This document shows, piece after piece, positions 38,546 to 43,977 of a stretch of 43,977 bases of DNA. Both the position numbers and the translations under genes were made by a program. The stretch spans positions 1-43,977 of the forward strand of contig NIVC01001139.1 of assembly GCA_002269645.1 (NCBI GenBank), in the 5' to 3' direction. This stretch comes from Macrostomum lignano (Eukaryota). The notes under the pieces were generated by a model. That model saw only the letters and a program-made list of their open reading frames with translations, was not told the DNA's origin and did not search any database. Each line of letters begins with the position of its first letter. Position 1 is the first letter of the stretch.

Positions 38546-39134
38546 TAAGAGGGATGCTATTTAATGTGGGTGGGGGCGCCATTTCATGTGACGGGCGCCA
38601 CAGCTTTACCGCAGGACGGCGCTGTACTTTGCCAGCCGAATGGGGAGGGGTCGCAGCCCCTCTTGCCCCCCTCGGCTACGCAATCTGGCTTCGCCTCGCA
38701 CTCTCAAGGACCTGTTGAATACCCCCCCCCGGTACAAGCAGCTCTCGTATCTCACTCAGCAGTGGGGCAGAGCAGGCTGAGTCAATATACTCATCTGTCC
38801 TCTAAGCCGCAATTCAGACTGGCGATTCCTAATCTCCAGGTAGGGAACACGCTATCAGGGGAATCAGGGAAGCTGGAAACCCTGTTTGCTGCGGCCCGTC
38901 GCTCTGTCCTTGACAAATCAAGTCCACTTGGCCCACAAATCAGTCAGTCAATCTCTGCGTATCCAGCTTCCTGCATCCTTCATCTTTTAGTCCGGCTAAA
39001 TTATTTACTAGAGAATATTGCTTGGCGGACTTCTGGCGTCCTTGTGGGGGGGGGGGCTGAGCGGTAAGGCAGAACAAATGTAGGGGATTATCTTGTCTTA
39101 AATTAGTGCTGGAAATCACCTGACTGCCGGCCTG

Positions 39135-40103
39135 ACTGACTGACTGCTCACCATGAGCTGTGACTCAACTGACTGACTGCTCACCATGAGCTGTCACTCA
39201 ACTGACTGACTGCTCACCATGAGCTGTGACTCAACTGACTGCTCATCATGAGCTGTGACTCAACTGACTGCTCATCATGAGCTGTGACTCAACTGACTGC
39301 TCATCATGAGCTGTGACTCAACTGACTGCTCATCATGAGCTGTGACTCAACTGACTGCTCATCATGAACTGTGACTCAACTGACTGCTCATCATGAGCTG
39401 TGACTCAACTGACTGCTCATAATGAGCTGACTCAACTAACTGCTCATCATGAGCTGTGACTCAACTGACTGCTCATCATGAGCTGTGACTTAACTGACTG
39501 CTCATCATGAGCTGTGACTCAACTGACTGACTGCTCATCATGAGCTGTGACTCAACTGACTGCTCATCATGAGCTGTGACTCAACTAACTGCTCATCATG
39601 AACTGTGACTCAACTGACTGCTCATCATGAGCTGTGACTCAACTGACTGCTCATCATGAGCTGTGACTCAACTGACTGCTCATCATGAGCTGTGACTCAA
39701 CTAACTGCTCATCATGAGCTGTGACTCAACTGACTGACTGCTCATCATGAGCTGTGACTCAACTGACTGACTGCTCATCATGAGCTGTGACTCAACTGAC
39801 TGACTGCTCATCATGAGCTGTGACTCAATTGACTGACTGCTCATCATGAGCTGTGACTCAACTGACTGCTCATCATGAGCTGTGACTCAACTGACTGACT
39901 GCTCATCATGAGCTGTGACTCAACTGACTGACTGCTCATCATGAGCTGTGACTCAATTGACTGACTGCTCATCATGAGCTGTGACTCAACTGACTGCTCA
40001 TCATGAGCTGTGACTCAACTGACTGCTCATCATGAGCTGTGACTCGACTGACTGACTGCTCACCATGAGCTGTGACTCAACTGACTGACTGCTCACCATG
40101 AGC
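39135..40103. repeat. 29/33-bp minisatellite CTCATCATGAGCTGTGACTCAACTGACTG(ACTG), about 31 units
   Basis: Direct tandem repeat. Confidence 0.97.
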
Positions 40104-40574
40104 TGGGGACTGCGGGGCCGTGTAATAAATTTGCAGACTGCGAACTTCGCCACTGAAATTGCAGCCTTGTGATTCTGCCGCTCCGGAAAATATCTCTATA
40201 ATTTTACAGTGCATTGTAGCAGTTTTTCATCGAATCACTGCCTGCAAAGTTGCCTTACAGACTAATTGTTACAGATCCTATAATGCAGTAAATTTAGAGG
40301 CCGAAAGCTAATTAACATTCAGTTTTTGTCGTGATATTTTTCTGCGGACACAGTTTGAACTTTAATCACTAACAAGGAATGTCATTGTTTTTTTAGTTGC
40401 TAGGCAGCTTAAACCACAGCAGATATGACGGGAATTTAATGAATGATGAAACTACTTTGAGTAGAAAGTAACGCATTTCATTCCATTTAAATAATGTCAT
40501 ATTCAAAAATCAGATCTTGCAGACTTTGCTAGGAGAAAAAGGATAGGAGAGAAGAGAGAGGAGAGGGGAGAAAG

Positions 40575-43500
40575 TAAATGAGAAGAGCAGAAGAGGAGTG
40601 GAGAGGAGAGGAGAGGAGAGGAGAGGAGAGGAGAGGAGAGGAGAGGAGAGGAGAGGAGAGGAGAGGAGAGGAGAGGAGAGGAGAGGAGAGGAGAGGAGAC
40701 GAGAGGAGAGGAGAGGAGAGGAGAGGAGAGGAGAGGAGAGTAGAGGAGAGGAGAGGAGAGGAGAGGAGAGGAGAGGAGAGGAGATGAGAGGAGAGGAGAG
40801 GAGAGGAGGAGAGGAGAGGAGAGGAGAGGAGAGGAGAGGAGAGGAGAGGAGGAGAGGAGAGGAGAGGAGAGGAGAGGAGAGTAGAGGAGAGGAGAGGAGA
40901 GGAGAGGAGAGAGAGGAGAGGATAAGAGAGAGAGGAGAGGCGAGGAGAGGAGAGGAGAGGAAAGGAGAGGAGAGGAGAGTAGAGGAGATGAGAGGAGAGG
41001 AGAGGAGAGGAGAGGAGATGAGAGGAGAGGAGAGGAGAGGAGGAGAGTAGAGGAGAGGAGAGGAGAGGAGAGGAGAGGAGGAGAGGAGAGGAGAGGAGAG
41101 GAGAGGAGAGGATAAGAGAGAGAGGAGAGGAGAGGAGAGGAGAGGAGAGGAGAGGATAAGAGAGAGAGGAGAGGAGAGGAGAGGAGAGGAGAGGAGAGGA
41201 GAGAGAGGAGAGGAGAGGAGAGGAGAGGAGAGGAGAGGAGAGGAGAGGAGAGGAGAGGAGAGGATAAGAGAGAGAGGAGAGGAGAGGAGAGGAGAGGAGA
41301 GGAGAGGAGAGGAGAGGCGAGGAGAGGAGAGGAGAGGAGAGGAGAGGATAAGAGAGAGAGGAGAGGAGAGGAGAGGAGAGGAGAGGAGAGGAGATGAGAG
41401 GAGAGGAGAGGAGAGAGGAGAGGAGAGGAGAGGAGAGGAGAGAGAGGAGAGGAGAGGAGAGAGGAGAGGAGAGGAGAGGAGAGGAGAGTAGAGGAGAGGA
41501 GAGGAGAGGAGAGGAGAGGAGAGGAGAGAGAGAGAGGATAAGAGAGAGAGGAGAGGCGAGGAGAGGAGAGGAGAGGAAAGGAGAGGAGAGGAGAGTAGAG
41601 GAGATGAGAGGAGAGGAGAGGAGAGAGAGAGGAGATGAGAGGAGAGGAGAGGAGAGGAGGAGAGTAGAGGAGAGGAGAGGAGAGGAGAGGAGAGGAGGAG
41701 AGGAGAGGAGAGGAGAGGAGAGGAGAGGATAAGAGAGAGAGGAGAGGAGAGGAGGGAGAGGAGAGGAGAGGGAGGAGGAGAGGAGAGGAGAGGAGAGGAG
41801 AGGAGAGGAGAGGAGAGGAGAGGAGAGAGAGAGGAGAGGAGAGGAGAGGAGAGGAGGAGGAGAGGAGAGAGAGAGAGAGAGAGAGGAGAGTAGAGGAGAT
41901 GAGAGGAGAGGAGAGGAGAGGAGAGGAGATGAGAGGAGAGGAAGAGAGGAGAGGAGACGAGGAGGGAGGAGAGAAGAGGAGAGAGAGGAGAGGAGAGGAG
42001 AGGAGAGTAGAGGAGAGGAGAGGAGAGGAGAGAGGAGAGGAGAGGAGAGAGAGGAGAGGAGAGGAGAGGAGGAGGAGGAGAGGAGAGGAGGAGAGAGGAG
42101 AGGAGGAGTAGAGGAGAGGAGAGGAGAGGAGAGGAGAGGAGAGGAGAGTAGAGGAGATGAGAGGAGAGGAGAGGAGAGGAGAGAGATGAGAGGAGAGGAG
42201 AGGAGAGGAGGAGAGTAGAGGAGAGGAGAGGAGAGGAGAGGAGAGGAGGAGAGGAGAGGAGAGGAGAGGAGAGGAGAGGATAAGAGAGAGAGGAGAGGAG
42301 AGGAGAGGAGAGGAGAGGAGAGGAGAGGATAAGAGAGAGAGGAGAGGAGAGGAGAGGAGAGGAGAGGAGAGGAGAGGAGAGGAGAGGAGAGAGAGGAGAG
42401 GAGAGGAGAGGAGAGGAGAGGAGAGGAGAGGAGAGGAGAGGAGAGGAGAGGAGAGGAGAGGAGAGGAGAGTAGAGGAGAGGAGAGGAGAGGAGACGAGAG
42501 GAGAGGAGAGGAGAGGAGAGGAGAGGAGAGGAGAGGAGAGTAGAGGAGAGAGAGGAGAGGAGAGGAGAGGAGAGGAGAGAGAGGAGAGGAGAGAGAGGAG
42601 AGGAGAGGAGAGTAGAGGAGAGGAGAGGAGAGGAGAGGAGAGGAGACAGAGAGGAGAGGAGAGGAGAGGAGAGGAGAGGAGAGGAGAGGAGAGTAGAGGA
42701 GAGGAGAGGAGAGGAGAGGAGAGGAGAGAGATGAGAGGAGAGGAGAGGAGAGGAGGAGAGGAGAGGAGAGGAGAGGAGAGGAGAGGAGAGGAGAGGAGGA
42801 GAGGAGAGGAGAGGAGAGAGAGGTAGAGAGAGAGGAGAGGAGAGGAGAGGAGAAAGAGGAGAGGATAAGAGAGAGAGGAGAGGCGAGGAGAGGAGAGGAG
42901 AGGAAAGGAGAGGAGAGGAGAGTAGAGGAGATGAGAGGAGAGGAGAGGAGAGGAGAGAGGAGATGAGAGGAGAGGAGAGGAGAGGAGGAGAGTAGAGGAG
43001 AGGAGAGGAGAGGAGAGGAGAGGAGGAGAGGAGAGGAGAGAGAGGAGAGGAGAGAATAAGAGAGAGAGGAGAGAGAGGAGAAGGAGAGGAGAGGAGAGGG
43101 AGGAGGAGGAGAGGAGAGGAGGAGGAGAGGAGAGGAGAGGAGAGGAGAGGAGGAGAGGAGAGGAGAGGAGAGGAGAGGAAGAGAGAAGGAGGAGAGGAGA
43201 GGAGAGGAGAGGAGAGGAGAGGATAAGAGAGAGAGGGAGAGGAGAGGAGAGGAGAGGAGAGGAGAGGAGAGGATAAGAGAGAGAGGAGAGGCGAGGAGAG
43301 GAGAGGAGAGGAAAGGAGAGGAGAGGAGAGGAGAGGAGATGAGAGGAGGAGGAGGAGAGGATAAGAGAGAGAGGAGAGGAGAGGAGAGGAGAGGAGAGTT
43401 GAGGAGAAAAAGGAGAGGAGAGGAGAGAGAGGAGAGGAGAGGAGAGGATAAGAGAGAGAGGAGAGGAGAGGAGAGGAGAGGAGAGGAGAGGAGAGGAGAG

Positions 43501-43977
43501 GCGAGGAGAGGAGAGGAGAGGAGAGGAGAGGATAAGAGAGAGAGGAGAGGAGAGGAGAGGAGAGGAGAGTTGAAGAAAAGAGGAGAGGAGAGGAGAGAGA
43601 GGAGAGGAGAGGAGAGGAGAGTTGAGAGGAGAAAAGAGAGAGAGGAGAGGATAAGAGAGAGAGGAGAGGAGAGGAGAGGAGAGGAGAGGAGGGCGAGGAG
43701 AGGAGAGGATAAGAGAGAGAGGAGAGAGAGGAGAGGAGAGGAGAGGAGAGGAGAGGCGAGGCGAGGAGAGGAGAGGAGAGGAGAGGATAAGAGAGAGAGG
43801 AGAGGAGAGGAGAGGAGAGGAGAGGCGAGGAGAGGAGAGGAGAGGAGAGGAGAGGAGAGGATAAGAGAGAGAGGAGAGGAGAGGAGAGAGAGGAGAGTAG
43901 AGGAGAGGAGAGGAGAGGAGAGGAGAGGAGATGAGGAGAGAGAGAGAGGAAGGAGAGGAGGAGAGGGAGGAGAGGAG
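40575..43977. repeat. (GAGAG)n homopurine satellite, more than 3.4 kb, running off the window end
   Basis: Seen directly; source of the ERRGE ORFs. Confidence 0.98.

Noticed and set aside
38660-38780. PPRLRNLASPRTLKDLLN...YLTQQWGRAG loosely resembling neuropeptide F
   Set aside because: No GRPRF-G terminus, the spacing of the conserved Tyr/Leu residues does not fit, and the splice phase is incompatible.
40578-42111. ERRGE-repeat ORFs
   Set aside because: Translations of (GAGAG)n.

Overview
Eukaryotic (animal) genomic DNA, not prokaryotic. GC-rich spliced exons sit among many unrelated mini- and microsatellites and DNA transposons. This style resembles the flatworm Macrostomum, but that is inference, not proof. 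(1) A spliced + strand gene, visible from about 5386 to the stop at 18369. Its 8 candidate exons join in phase to about 834 codons, and the 5' end is uncertain. The C-terminal helical half resembles the germ-line protein TOPAZ1 as I recall its sequence. (2) Its largest intron holds a 6.6-kb non-autonomous CACTA/EnSpm-like element (37-bp perfect TIRs, 2-bp TSD). The element contains a solo LTR (TG...CA, 4-bp TSD), a diverged internal duplication and a 58-bp satellite derived from that duplication. (3) An intronless class A neuropeptide GPCR of the NPY/NPF-sNPF/PrRP receptor group on the minus strand (25184-26410). (4) A 3122-bp tandem duplication bounded by (TCTG)n arrays. (5) A signal-peptide-encoding first exon at 37478-37532, followed by an array of acceptor-like repeats, an array of AP-1-motif repeats and more than 3.4 kb of (GAGAG)n. 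(6) Three MITEs and a decayed hAT-like transposase in the first 5 kb. Most ORFs in the supplied track are artefacts of repeats or GC-rich shadow frames. No databases were searched, so all family assignments need confirmation.
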